Origin: Felis catus
Lineage: Eukaryota
Direction of reading: 5' to 3'
Assembly: GCF_018350175.1 (NCBI RefSeq)
Contig: NC_058368.1
Location: 205,036,001-205,100,000, forward strand
Length of the DNA: 64,000 nucleotides
Position 1 is the first letter of the stretch; each line of letters opens with the position of its first letter. Positions 12,303 through 24,330 of the stretch are shown here, one piece after another. The position numbers were made by a program, and so were the translations under genes. Below the pieces are notes generated by a model that saw nothing but the letters and a program-made list of their open reading frames with translations, did no database searches and was not told where the DNA came from.

Positions 12303-12497
12303 AAAAAAAATTTTTTTAATGTTTATTTTTGAGAGAGAGAGACAGAGTGAGAGTGGGGAGGGTCAGAGAGAGAGGGAGACACAGCATCTGAAGCAGGCCC
12401 AAGGCTCCCAGCAGGTTGGGCTCAAACTCCTGAACCATGAGATCGTGACCTGAGCAGAAGTCAGACACTTAACCAACTGAGCCACACAGACACTTCT
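12303..12497 (-). mobile_element. Can-SINE with internal deletion
   Basis: Antisense SINE; TSD ggaagtga(c/t)tt. Confidence 0.88.
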
Positions 12498-12699
12498 GGA
12501 AGTGATTTTTGATATGCCAATATACTCAGTGCTGAAGGAAAGTAAGGGGTGCCAGCCAATTTCACCTGTTCAAGTTAGTGAACTGAGTTAAATTTGGCTC
12601 AGAAACATATGCTTTTAAATTCATCTTTTCCTATATTCTTTGTTTTGTGCTCTCATTTTTTTCCCTCTCTTAAAGTTTTCTTTTAAAAACTCTCACCTT

Positions 12700-12922
12700 G
12701 AGGCACCTGGGTGGCTCAGTTGGTTAGGCACCTGACTTCAGCTCAGGTCATGATCTTGCAGTACGAGTATTTGAGCCCCACATCGGGCTCTGTGCTGACA
12801 GCTCAGAGCCTGGAGCCTGCTTAAGATTCTGTGTCTCCCTCTCTCTCTCTCTCTGCCCCTCCCCCACTCATGCTCTGTCTCTCTCTGTCTCTCAAAAATA
12901 AATAAAAACATTAAAAAAATAT
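12700..12922 (+). mobile_element. Can-SINE
   Basis: Full head, CT tract and A-rich tail; flanked by similar aaaa..tcacctt sequences. Confidence 0.95.
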
Positions 12923-13002
12923 AAAAATTCACCTTAATTTGGCTGAATTAAGAAGACTTTTTTTTTCACTTTAGTCAAGATAGACTAGTATATAATTGGG
13001 AA

Positions 13003-13004
<2 letters not shown>

Positions 13005-13041
<37 letters not shown>

Positions 13042-13058
13042 TGTGTGTGTGTGTGTGT
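13005..13058. repeat. (GT)n microsatellite
   Basis: Direct reading; one interruption. Confidence 0.97.
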
Positions 13059-13618
13059 TGGGGGAGGTGTGAGTGATAGTTAAAATGATTGAGAATAGAT
13101 AGGTGGGATTGGGGACAAGGGGTAAGGACAACTGTAGACACTGGCCCTTTATTACTTACATAGTTGTCCCTATTATATTTACAGAACAAAAATCAGCTGG
13201 GTGTCAAACTTTTGGGGAGCTCAAAACCTTATGCAAACTTTAGATATGTTTGAATAACTGGTTTATCCCTTTGAGTATAGGCATCTCAACTTCTGCATGT
13301 GACTGTCTCCCAACTCTGTTCACCGTCACAATGTCTAATATGAGATCATGTACTTCGTGTGTTCTCTACTGATGGCCATGAACAAAGTTCACAGCAGCTA
13401 TAAAATTCCTGCTGCATTTTGGTTATCCAATGTGGACTGAGGCATTTATTAAGACATAACAGAATCAAGGATGACACTAATTCTGTATCTAATGTGAACC
13501 CTCTTAAATTAATGGCTAAGGTCTGGAAGTTGTTTCTTCTTCCCCACACCCAAGGCAATAGCTAATTATTTCAGTGTGAAGGATATTGATGGAGCTAGTT
13601 GAAGAAGAAAGCCACTGA

Positions 13619-13827
13619 GGGGCACCTGGGTGGCTCAGTCAGTTGAGCATCCAACTCTTGATTTTGGCTCAGGTCATGATCCTAGGGTTGTGAGATCAAG
13701 CCCCATGTGGAGAGCCATGTGGAGCCCCGCACTGAGTGTGGAGCCTGCTTAAGATTCTCTCTCTTTCTGTCCCTCTCATCCACTTGCATTCTCTCTCTCC
13801 CTAAAATAAAAATTAAAAACAACAAAA
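13619..13827 (+). mobile_element. Can-SINE (older subfamily)
   Basis: Head with ctcttgattttggctcaggtcatgatc; internal duplication ccatgtggag; degenerate TSD aagaagaaa. Confidence 0.9.
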
Positions 13828-14217
13828 AGAAGAAATCTAAACTCTTGACTGTACCTGTGCCCTGGTAACAAAGGATATCTTTTTTCAGAAAACTATCTGA
13901 AATGGGTTTCACTGGATTCTGTCTGGTGACAGTATTTTATTACTGACCACAGTCTATCAGACTGAGGAACCAAAATAAGGCGGCAGCACTGGGCAAGAAG
14001 CAAGTGGGAAAGAGCCGCTAGCCTTTGGCCAAAGCTGGTAGTTTTGGTCAGAAAACCTGATTGTGTCACCTTTTCAAATAAGCTGGTCTGTAAGAATACA
14101 TTTAACCCCTTTTTCTGTATCTGTGCTAAGTTCAGAATCAAATATGTGGTAAGAGAAATCACTCTCTCTATTTAGACCGAGTTCTGGACCAGAGGTTTTC
14201 ACACCTTTCATCACCTG

Positions 14218-14219
<2 letters not shown>

Positions 14220-14264
<45 letters not shown>
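14220..14264. repeat. (GT)n microsatellite
   Basis: Direct reading. Confidence 0.97.
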
Positions 14265-14266
<2 letters not shown>

Positions 14267-15135
14267 GTGTGTAATTCTTCTTTTTCAAAAGCCATGATAC
14301 TTAAATCTTCAACCAAACTTTAACCAAAGCAGGCAGGCAGATTTATGTGATCTACGGGAATTTAACTTTTACTCTGTTGCCCTTAAGTCACTTTTCTTAT
14401 TTCAAATTTAGACTTTTATCCAACAGCAGAATATCAAGCATTACCATCCATCTCTGGCCTAACAGCCAACCTATTTGGTTTCCATAAAACAACCATTTTT
14501 ATATTTCAATGGTACTTGTTTGTTGATCCACTTGAGTGTTTTATTACGTTTTCCTTCATTGTTTAAAATAAATAAATGTAAGATGGAGAAATTTAACATG
14601 CTAACGTTAGCAATAATACAATTAAGAAAAAGATGGAGAAAGCATGCAGTAGACCAAACATTGGTATTGCAACCTCAATCGCTCCCTGGATGAAATATGA
14701 AATTGGCTTCCATAGAGAGAGGTCAAAGAGAGACTGAAAAAAGAGACAGACCACTCCAGATTGGTAAGTGAAAGTTTTAAGAAGCAAGGGAACTTACATG
14801 TTAGGCTTTTCTTGGGTGGCCACAAGACAAGTAGCTCTCCACACCAGCCCACCAGAATCTTAAATTTTTGTAGTAGGCTTAACTGGGTTCAGTCCTGTTT
14901 TAAGTCCAGATGGCCTCAACAACACTTTACTCCCTCAAGGCTATGTCCTTGAAATAACTTCTAGTGTGGAAATGGTGAGCAGAAGGACAGGAGAGAGGGT
15001 GAAGAGCTTCCAATGGCCTGGGTCCAGCTCACAGTTCAACTGACAGTCATGTCCTCTCAATAACCTCCTCCAACATCAAAGGAGGTGTCTCTTCCGTCTG
15101 GTTTGGATGCACATTACAAGTAACCTTGTTGAGAA

Positions 15136-17157
15136 GAAGTCAAACCTTCACTCTGCAAATGACATGATACTCTATGTGGAAAACACAAAAGACTCTAATA
15201 ACAAACTGCTAGAACTGATATATGAATTCAGCAAAGTCACAGGATATAAAATCAATGTACATAAATCTGGCATTTCTATACACCAATAATGAAATAGCAG
15301 AAAGAGAAATCAAGGGATTAATCCCATTTACAACTGCACCAAAAACCATAAAATACCTAGAAATAAACATACCCAAAGAGGTAAAATATCTATACACTGA
15401 AAACTGTAGAAAGCTTATGAAAGAAATTGAAGAAGGCACAGAGAAATGGAAAAATATTCCATGCTTAGAGACTGGAAGAACAAATATTATTAAAATGTCG
15501 ATACTACCCAAAGTAATCTACATATTCAATGCAATCCCTATCAAAATTATAGCAGCATTCTTCACAAAGCTAAAACAAACAATTCTAAAATTTGTATGGA
15601 ACCAGAAAAGACACTGAATAGCCAAAGTAATGTTAAAAAAAAAATCAAAGTTGAAGGCATCACAATTCTGGACTTCAAGCTGTATTATGAAGCTGTAATC
15701 ATCAAGACACTCTGGTACCAGCAAAAAAACAGACACATAGATCAATGGAACAGGATAGAGAACCCAGAAATGGACCCAAAAATATATGGCCAACTAATCT
15801 TTGACAAAGCAGGAAAGAATATCCAATGGAAAAAAGACAGTCTCTTCAGCATAATCATTTTGGGAAAACTGGACAGACATGTAGAAGAATGAACCTGGAC
15901 CACTTTCTTACACCATATACAAATAATAATCTCAAAATGGATGAAAGACCTAAACATAAGACAGGAAGCCATCAAAATCCTAGAGGAGAAAACAGGCAAC
16001 AACTTCTTTGCAGTAACTTAGCTGCAGTAACTTCTTACTTGACATGTCTCAAGAGGCAAGGGAAACAAAAGCAAAAATGAACTATTGGGACCTCATCAAG
16101 ATAAAAAGCTTCTGCACAGTGAAGGAAACAACAAAACTAAAAGTCAACTGACAGAATGGGAGAAGATATTTGCAAATGACATATCAGATAAAGGGTTAGT
16201 ATCCAAAATCTATAAAGAACTTATCAACTCAACACCCAAAAAACAAATAATCCAATGAAGAAATGGACAAAAGACATGAATAGACACCTTTCCAAAGAAG
16301 ACATCCAGATGGCCAATAGACACATGAAAAAATGCTCAACATCATTCATCATCAGGGAAATACAAATCAAAACCACAATGAGATACCACCTCACACCTGT
16401 CAGAATGGCTAACATTAACAACTCAGGCAACAACAGATGTTGGTGAGAATGCAGAGAAAGAGGATCTCTTTTGCATTGTTGCTGGGAATGAAAGCTGGTG
16501 CAGCCACTCTGGAAAACAGTATGGAGTTTCCTCAAAAAGCTAAAAATAGAACTACCCTATGACCCAATAATGGGACTACTCGGTATTTATCCAAAGGATA
16601 CAGGGGTGCTGTTTCGAAGGGGCACATGCACTGCAAAGTTTATAGCAGCACTATCAACAAGAGCCAACGTATGGAAAGAGCCCAAATGTCCATCAACTGA
16701 TGAATGGATAAAGATGTGACTATTCTTCTTCCATTCCATACAGTGGAATATTATTCAGCAATCAAAAAGAATGAAGTCTTGCCATTTGCAACAATGTGGA
16801 TGGAACTAGTGTATTATGCTAAGCAAAATAAGTCACTCAGAGAAAGACAAATATCATATGATTTCACTCATATGTGGAATTTAAGATACAAAACAGGTGA
16901 ACATAAGGGAAGAAAAATAATATAAAAATAGAGAAGGAGACAAACCATAAGAGACTCTTAAATACAGGGAACAAACTGAGGGTTGCTGGCAGGGTGTTGG
17001 GTGGGGGAAAGGGCTAAAGGGGTGAGGGGCATTGAGGACATTTTGTGGGATGACCACTGGGTGTCATATGTAAGTGATGAATCACAGAATTCTATTCCTG
17101 AAATTATTATTACACTATATCCTAAGTAACTTGGATTTTAATTAATTAATTAATTAA
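15136..17157 (+). mobile_element. Carnivore L1, 5'-truncated (ORF2 from the RT motif to the C-terminus, plus 3' UTR), inactive
   Basis: ORFs 15107..16719 give L1 ORF2 peptides ([59 protein letters not shown]) broken by frameshifts and stops; G-rich 3' UTR and (AATT)n tail. Confidence 0.95.
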
Positions 17158-17215
17158 ATGGAACAAAGAACAACAGAAGGCCTTGCAACAACTGAAAACT
17201 AAAAACAAAAAAAAT

Positions 17216-17372
17216 CGTGTCCGACTTTGGCTCAGGTCATGGTCTCACCATTTATGATTTTCAGCCCCCGAAATGGGCTCTCTGCTGTCAGTGCAGAGCC
17301 TGCTCTGAATCTTCTGTCCCCCTCTCTCTCTGCCCCTCCCCCCTTTCAAAAATAAACGTACATTTAAAAAAA
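17216..17372 (+). mobile_element. 5'-truncated Can-SINE
   Basis: Starts at gtgtccgactttggctcaggtc with no A-box head; aaaaataaac tail. Confidence 0.85.
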
Positions 17373-17377
17373 CATTT

Positions 17378-18660
17378 TTGGGCTTTGGGCCCTTAATAGA
17401 CACCTTACCAGAGAAGATACACACAGGGCAAATAGGCATATGTAAATATGCTCCACCTCATGTCATCAGGGAAATGCAAATTAAAACAACAATGAGATGC
17501 CACTACATACCTATCAGAATGGTCAAAATGTGGAACACTGATAAGGCCAAGTGCTGGTGAGGATGTGAAGCAATAGGAACTTGCATTGCTGGTGGGAATG
17601 TAAAGTGGTATCTTCACTTTAAGAGAGAGTTTGGTGGTTTCTTCAAAACTAAACACAGTCTACCATTCAATCTAGCAATTACATTCCTTAGTATTTTCCC
17701 AAAGGATTTGAAAATTTATGTCCACACAAAACCCTTCACATAGATGTGTATAGCAGCTCTATTCATGATTGCCAAAACCGATGAGTGGATAAGTTAACTG
17801 TAGTACATCCAGATGATGGAATATTATTCAGTGCTAAAAAAAAGAAATGAGCTATTAAGCCATGAAAAGATACAGGGGAAATTCAAATGTATATTACTAA
17901 GTGAAAGAAGTCAATCTGAAAATGCTATATACTATATAATTGAACCATATGACATTCTGGAAAAGGCAAACTATAGAGACAGAAAAAAAATTAGTGGTTA
18001 CCAGGGGAGAGATAAATAGGTGGAACATTGAGGATTTTTAGGGCAGTGAAAATACTCTATTTGGTACTACAGTTGAGCCTTGAGCAACACAGGCTTGAAC
18101 GGTCCCACCCATAAGTGGATTTTTAAAAGTATAGTACAGTGCATGTATTTTATCTTATGATTTCCTTAATATTTTTTCTCTAGCTTATTTTATTGTAAGA
18201 ATACAGGATATAGTACATATAAAATACAAAATCTGTATTAATCAGCTTCATGTGAGTGGTAAGGCTTCTTATGGTCAATAGTAGGCTCTTAGTAATGAAG
18301 TTTTTGGAGAGTCAAAAGTTATATGTGGATTTCTGCAAGGGATTGGCACCAAAGCCCTACATTGTTCAGGAGTCAGCTGTAGAATGATAGCTACACGTCA
18401 TTGTACATTTGTCCAAATCCACAGAATGTGCAGCACCAAGAGACAACCCTAAGGTAAACCAAGGACCTTGGGTAATTATTAATGTATACCTGTAGGTTCA
18501 TCAGTTGTAACAGACGTGTTGCACCACTCTGGTTGGGGATGCGGATAATGGGGAAGTTATGCAGGTGTGAGGACGAGGGAACACACGAAATCTTGGTACC
18601 TTCTTATCAGTTTTGTATAAACTTAAAACTGCTCTTAAATAACGAAGTCTTTAAAAAATA
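17378..18660 (+). mobile_element. Old L1MB/L1MC-type ORF2 end and 3' UTR (interrupted by Tigger)
   Basis: IREMQIKTTMRCHYIPIRM..KCW peptide; tactaagtgaaagaagtcaatctgaa, tacatttgtccaaatccacagaatgt. Confidence 0.85.
18070..18379 (+). mobile_element. Tigger2a_Car-like Tc1/mariner MITE
   Basis: TIRs cagttgagccttgagcaa ... ttgttcaggagtcagctg with TA TSD on both sides; second copy at ~47148. Confidence 0.85.
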
Positions 18661-18669
18661 AAGTCTACT

Positions 18670-18716
18670 CCCTCTGTCTCAAAAATAAATAAACATTTTT
18701 TAAAAATTAAAAAAAA
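18670..18716 (+). mobile_element. Can-SINE 3' tail stub
   Basis: ccctctgtctcaaaaataaataaacatt, identical to the tail of the adjacent SINE. Confidence 0.8.
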
Positions 18717-18933
18717 GGCGGGCGCCTGGTGGCTCAGTAGGTTAAACATCTGACTTCGGCTCAGGTCATGATCTGGCGGTTTGTGGGTTGGAGCCCCGCA
18801 TTGCGCTCTGTGCTAACGGCTCAGAGCCTGGAGCCGGTTTCCGATTCTGTGTCTCCCTCTCTCTCTGCCCTTCCCCCACTAGCGCTCTGTCTCCCTCTGT
18901 CTCAAAAATAAATAAACATTTAAAAAATTTTTT
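18717..18933 (+). mobile_element. Can-SINE (SINEC_Fc2-like), full length
   Basis: gggcgcctggtggctcag head to aataaacatt tail; 14-bp repeat aaataaagtctact at 18656-18669 and 18934-18947. Confidence 0.95.
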
Positions 18934-20155
18934 AAATAAAGTCTACTAAAAATAATTTATAAAATACTATCAAAGTTATAATCTCCTTTCCATCTGTCTC
19001 AAATTACCATCAGGGATTCCATTTTACTTCATTACACTTTTTTTTTTAGATCAAATGTGATTTCAGTGAAACTAAGAGAGCTAGGCTTTGAGGTAAGAAA
19101 TTTCTAAAATTAATTTTCATCGCACATTATTAATGTTTAATCCTTGTTTTGAATATTCATAGATATAGTGTATGACATACAGGGGTTAAAAAGCTGCAGT
19201 AATCTTTGTGTGGAGAATTTTAGAATTATTATTTATTCTCTGAGAAGATACCTCACTCCCCTTTACTTTCTTTCAATCACACTCTCAGGAAAGCTTCATT
19301 TATAAAAGTAGCAAATTGTGTCTTAATGAAATATTAGTTTCATACCCTCACAAAACTTATAACCTGACTCTGTCTACAATTCCCATTTTTAGACTCACCT
19401 TTGGGTTAAGGCTGTTGCTACAATGTAGGCAACAGAAATAAAGCCCTGTTATGTTTCAAAATGAAAACATAAAAGATTAACTTTTTTGATGGGCATTTTT
19501 CTAAAATGTATTGCTCACGTTCCTACATTCTTAGGGTATGTAGAACATAATGACAAGTGTTCTTAGTTATCTGTAATCATTACCATTCCGTATTATTGTG
19601 CCATTTGGTATAATATTCTCAGGGCCTAATGAAGTAGAAGTATAGGGTTTTATGGATTTACTTATAGGCATATTTAATAGCAACCACTTAACTTATACAA
19701 ATTTCATGTCTGTTTTTATGTATTTTATTTCTTCTTTTTCTTTTTCTAATTACATTTTACTTCTTACTACTTTTAGCCAATCTTATAAAATTACATTTAA
19801 TAGGCTGTAAATAAGGATCTGAGAGTTTGTGCTAGGAATAATAATTATGAGTTTGAGCATATAGTTTTAGAGTTTTTGTTTGGCAACTGAGATGCCTCTT
19901 GGTCTCAATTGTCTTTTATATGATGGAAATCACCCAATGAGTGAGAGCTGGAAATGTGAATGTTATGTTTCAGTTTACTGATAACTTTATGAGTATTCCT
20001 AAAGGATTGGTAAGCTTTCCCTCTTCTATGACAAAATATTTCAAGAATGTCAAAAATACCAAAAAATATTTTTAAATTTATTTTTAATATGTGCATATAT
20101 GCCAAACAGATTATATAAAATATTGACATTTTCCTATATTAAGAATTTTTGTTAA

Positions 20156-20358
20156 GGGCACCTGGGTGGCTCAGTCAGTTAAGTGTCTGACTCTTGGTTT
20201 CAGCTTAGGTCATAATCTCACCATTCGTGAGTTCAAGCCCTGCATCAGGCTCTGTGCTGACAGTGCAGAACCTCCTTGGGATTCTCTCTCTCTCCCTCCC
20301 TCTCTCTCTCTGCCCCTCCTGCTCTCTCTCTCTCTCAAAATAAATAAACTTTCAAAAA
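20156..20358 (+). mobile_element. Can-SINE
   Basis: 15-bp TSD aagaatttttgttaa; typical head and tail. Confidence 0.95.
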
Positions 20359-20419
20359 AGAATTTTTGTTAAAGAAATAAAATGCATGAAGACAATTGAG
20401 GTTTTTTATATTATCACGG

Positions 20420-21620
20420 ATTCCCTTCTTCTCCTTCTTTCTCAGATGCAACCACTTGCCTGAAGATGATGGGTATCCTTTCTGTCCAAGGTTTATGCAT
20501 TCACAGTGCACATGTATTAATAACTCATTTATGTAATATACTGTTGTATGTTTTTTAAATTTTAAATAAGTAGTGTCATACTTACGTAGCATTCTGCAAT
20601 GTGTTTTTCATTCAAACTTTTTCAAGGTTGCCCTATATAATTCATGGAGTTCTAGTTCATTAATTTTAAATGCTGTGCAATATTCCATTGTATAACTAAC
20701 ACAATTTACATTAATTTTTCACTCTTTTAAACAGGATTGCTATAAACATTCCCTTGCATATTTCATTATGTATATTACATCTTATATGCATGTTGGAGAA
20801 TTTCTCCAGGGTGTATAGCAGGCATTAGAATATACACAGGTTACAGAATATACACATCTTCACATTTACTAGATGTGGTGAAGCACCCTCAGGTAGTGGC
20901 AACTTCTATTTACTCCAGCAACGCCGCGGTGGTCCCATTATCTCAATTCCTTACTAACTCTTGATTTTGCCAAATTTAAACTTTTTTTTTTGCCATTTTT
21001 GTATTTGTTTTGTTTTGTTTTTGTTTTGTTTTTCATGAGTGAGGGCATGCCAGAGAGAGAGGGAGAGAGAGAATCCCAAGCAGGCTCCTTGCTGTCAGCA
21101 CAGAGCCCAATGCAGGGCTCGAACCCACAAACTGTAAGATCATGACCTGAGCCTAAGTCAGATGCTTAACTGACTGAGCCACATAGGTGCCCCATTATAG
21201 TTGTTTTAATTTGTATTTCCATCATTATCAGGGAAGTAAAACATTTTTCTTATATTTACTGGACGTTCAGGTTTTGGTTTCAGTAAACTGCACGTTCATA
21301 TCCTTTGCCCATTTTCCTATTACATTTTTGAGTTTTTCATATTCATTTGCAGTTATATTTATATATTTAAATACCAATCATTGGCCAGTTATTTGTGCTA
21401 CAATGGTCTTTTCCTAGCCAATGGTTTGTTTTTTAAATTTATTTATGGCAACTTTTATTTCACACAAAACATTCTCGTTCTTGAATTTAAAGGAATTGAA
21501 TATATTAGTCTTCTGGTTTTTGTTTCTTAATGTAATGTTTTCTACCCCAATGTCTCAGAGATGTTCTTTCAGCTGGGATTTATCTGTGTGCATTGTGTGA
21601 CACAGATATCTCACTTTGTT
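20420..21620 (-). mobile_element. Degraded L1ME-type fragments
   Basis: atattccattgtat.., tgttttaatttgtatttcc.., ttcatatcctttgcccattttcctatt antisense L1 3' motifs. Confidence 0.7.
20995..21193 (-). mobile_element. Can-SINE
   Basis: gagaatcccaagcaggctcc..gatcatgacctgagcc..gatgcttaactgactgagcc..ggtgcccc; tail decayed to (TTTTG)n. Confidence 0.9.
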
Positions 21621-21949
21621 TTTTCACACAAAGAATCTACTTAGATCTCTTTTGGAATCATCGACATCTTTTGGATATTGAGTTTTCATTGTTGTTAAAT
21701 ATTCATTTTTTTGGATAAGAGTGTGGTTATGTTTCACCCTTCATTTTAGAGGTTAGTTATTTGGATAAAGTGACCTTTCATCCGTCAACTCAATATCTAT
21801 TAATCATATTGTTGTTATAACTATTGTTAGTGATAGTAACAAGCTATGCTGAGTTGGAATGCAACAGTCCTCATTTGTTCAGAGTAAGCATCACACTTGT
21901 TCATGTGCAAGGGCAATGACTAGTGCATGGAGCAAACTAACAGAGCTAC

Positions 21950-22100
21950 AGTAAATAATAATGATTAGTTATTATGTGCCAGGCATTATACTTAATATGT
22001 TACTTGAATTAAGTAATTCAATCCTCATAAATATTCCTTGGGATAAATTGTTATTATCCTTGTTTTCCAGAGGATGCAGAAGAGGTTTAATAACAGTCTG
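21950..22100 (-). mobile_element. MIR fragment
   Basis: ttatgtgccaggcatt..aatcctcata..ttattatccttgttttccagagga..agaggtttaataac. Confidence 0.7.
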
Positions 22101-22424
22101 AGCCATTGTCAGTTTTGACCACAACCAAAAACCTATTTATCCCAAAGTCTTCACTGTTTCTTAGGGAGGTGGTTATTGTGAAAACAGCAGGAAAGAGAAG
22201 TATCTACCCAAATTATTTGGCTTTTGTTGTGATTCTTCACCAAAGAATTATTAAGTTGTACCACAGCCTAATGTTTGCCCTCCCTTGAGAATAATTATTA
22301 GTATTTCTAGGATAAGACACGTTGTTAGTTTTTTGGTTTTTCTTTTTAAATCAAAGCAGCAAGCCCTAATCAATCCAATAATTGACAGAAAGGACCAGTT
22401 GATGGGTGAGATTTTTAAATATGG

Positions 22425-22530
22425 CTGTAATAGCATAACATATCGAGAAGTTGAATCACTATGTTGTACATCTGAAAATAATGGAGTATTATGTGTCAAC
22501 TATACTCAAAAAATAAAAACAAAAAAACAA
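22425..22530 (+). mobile_element. Short L1 3' terminus (carnivore/L1MA-type)
   Basis: gttgaatcactatgttgtacatctgaaa..tatgtgtcaactatact followed by an A-rich tail. Confidence 0.75.
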
Positions 22531-23232
22531 TACAGATGGCTCTTTCATAAGTGAAGAACAGACGCATATAGAAGAAAACTGCAATAGATATTTCATCACC
22601 GTGTGAAATACTCTAAAAATATTCAGGGCAAGGAAGAATGATAAACCAGTGTTTGGCTGAAACCATGCAGAAAATAAAGAAATCTAAAATCACATGAGAT
22701 GTTAACTCAGAGTAGTTCCATCTCTCCACTTGGAGAATTCCCTAGTAGTGTTAGTGTAGCTGCTTTTGTCCAGCTATTAACTGAAAGCATTCTGTTGCTC
22801 ATTAGTGAAGAAACATATTGAGTCCCCAGCAAAATATAAAGGAGTTATAAGCTAAATAACATTTTAAAACATGCTATGTAGTAAAATTATGGCTTTAGAT
22901 TTTTCTAGTAATGGGTAGTAGTCCAAACCAATACAATAACATTCTATAAAACATACTGTTAAATAGTTTACTTAACTCTTAGAGAAGAAAAGGTAGGAAA
23001 GACATTTTCCACAGTAAACATTAAAAAGTCTTTGTAAAGCAGTTGCTTGTCATTTCAACAAGTATTTTTTTTTGAGAGCTTGCTTTGACCCTTGTATTGT
23101 ACTAACCAAAAATACCAAGATTAAAAACTTAATTATCCTTACCCTTAAGGAAATTGTCATCTTGATTAGTGGGCCATTAGTGGCCATCACTTAGCTATAT
23201 CCTGAGAGCATAGACTAAAGACAGATAAAGTT

Positions 23233-23674
23233 TGATGGTAAACTGACTGCAAAAATGGCCCAAACATTCTATTCTCTGTAATCATGACTTTTGCAATATG
23301 ACTTTATAGCTCCTCCCATTAAGAGATGAGTCTGGCCTTGTTATTTGCTAATAAAATGTGATAGAAATGATAGCATATCAGTTCCTCATTTAGGCCATAA
23401 GAAACTTCTGCTCCCTAAAGCCCTGCCACACCCATGAGAACAAGACTGGAATAGTCTAGGTCAGCCAGCCTGCATCATTGATTAGCTAGTTGACCACAGA
23501 ATGAATTAGGTGGAGCAAACATATTTGAGATCAACTTATGTTGCTCCAGATCGCCAATACTGCCCAGCTTACCCACAGCTCATGGGAAGTAATAACTGAT
23601 TATTGTTTTAAGGCTCAAAATGTAAGACACTAGGTTTTGAGGTGGTTTGTTTTATAGAAGTAGCTAACTGATAG
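23233..23674 (+). mobile_element. MaLR LTR (MLT1 family)
   Basis: tgatggtaaactgactgcaaaaatggcc start; ttattgttttaag..gttttgaggtggtttgtt..tagctaactgata end. Confidence 0.75.
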
Positions 23675-24223
23675 AAATACGCAAAATATTTATGTGGCTG
23701 GAGTATGGCTCTAGAAAGTCAAGTCCTTCCGGAGCAATTCAGGAAGTTTAGGCAACTGAATGTTACTTGGCAGGTATTTGGTGGGAAAATATGGAAATGA
23801 AGGCAGTTGAGGAATTATCAAGTCAAACTTGACCAACTTCACAAGATTTTCAAAGTCAGGGCCTCTGTACAGGTGTTGCCAGGCTTCTAAATGTCTTCTT
23901 TTATGCTTCTGACAGTCAGTGTTTAGGCTCAAAATCTAGTGTCAAAAGACCATAGAATGTGAGAGCTAATAGAAACTTCAGAGATTTCATACCCTCATTT
24001 TGCAAATAAATAAGAACAGAGACCCAAAAGTGATCAATGACCTGTCCTAGATCACACAGATAACTTTCACCTCTCGCTCTTATTTGTCACTCACAGTTAG
24101 TTACAATTGTCAGTGTTCTATGGATTGGTGCCTCTTTTTCACTGCTTCCTTCAAAGTTTATGGCTTTATCGCTCGGTATTTGATTTACTTCAATGGCCTA
24201 TTTCTTGATATTTCTTCTTATTG

Positions 24224-24330
24224 CAGTGTTTCATAATAAGAGCACCACTGGCATTTTAGGTAGGAAAATTCTTCACTGTGGGAGACTGCCTTGTGCCTTG
24301 CTAGACATTTTGTCTCCTTGATCCCAAGGT
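24224..24330. mobile_element. MER20-like hAT MITE fragment
   Basis: cactggcattttaggtaggaaaattcttcactgtgggagactgcc. Confidence 0.5.

Noticed and set aside
15107..16925. Cluster of ORFs resembling a reverse transcriptase gene
   Set aside because: Frameshifted pieces of L1 ORF2, not a host gene or a retron-like system.
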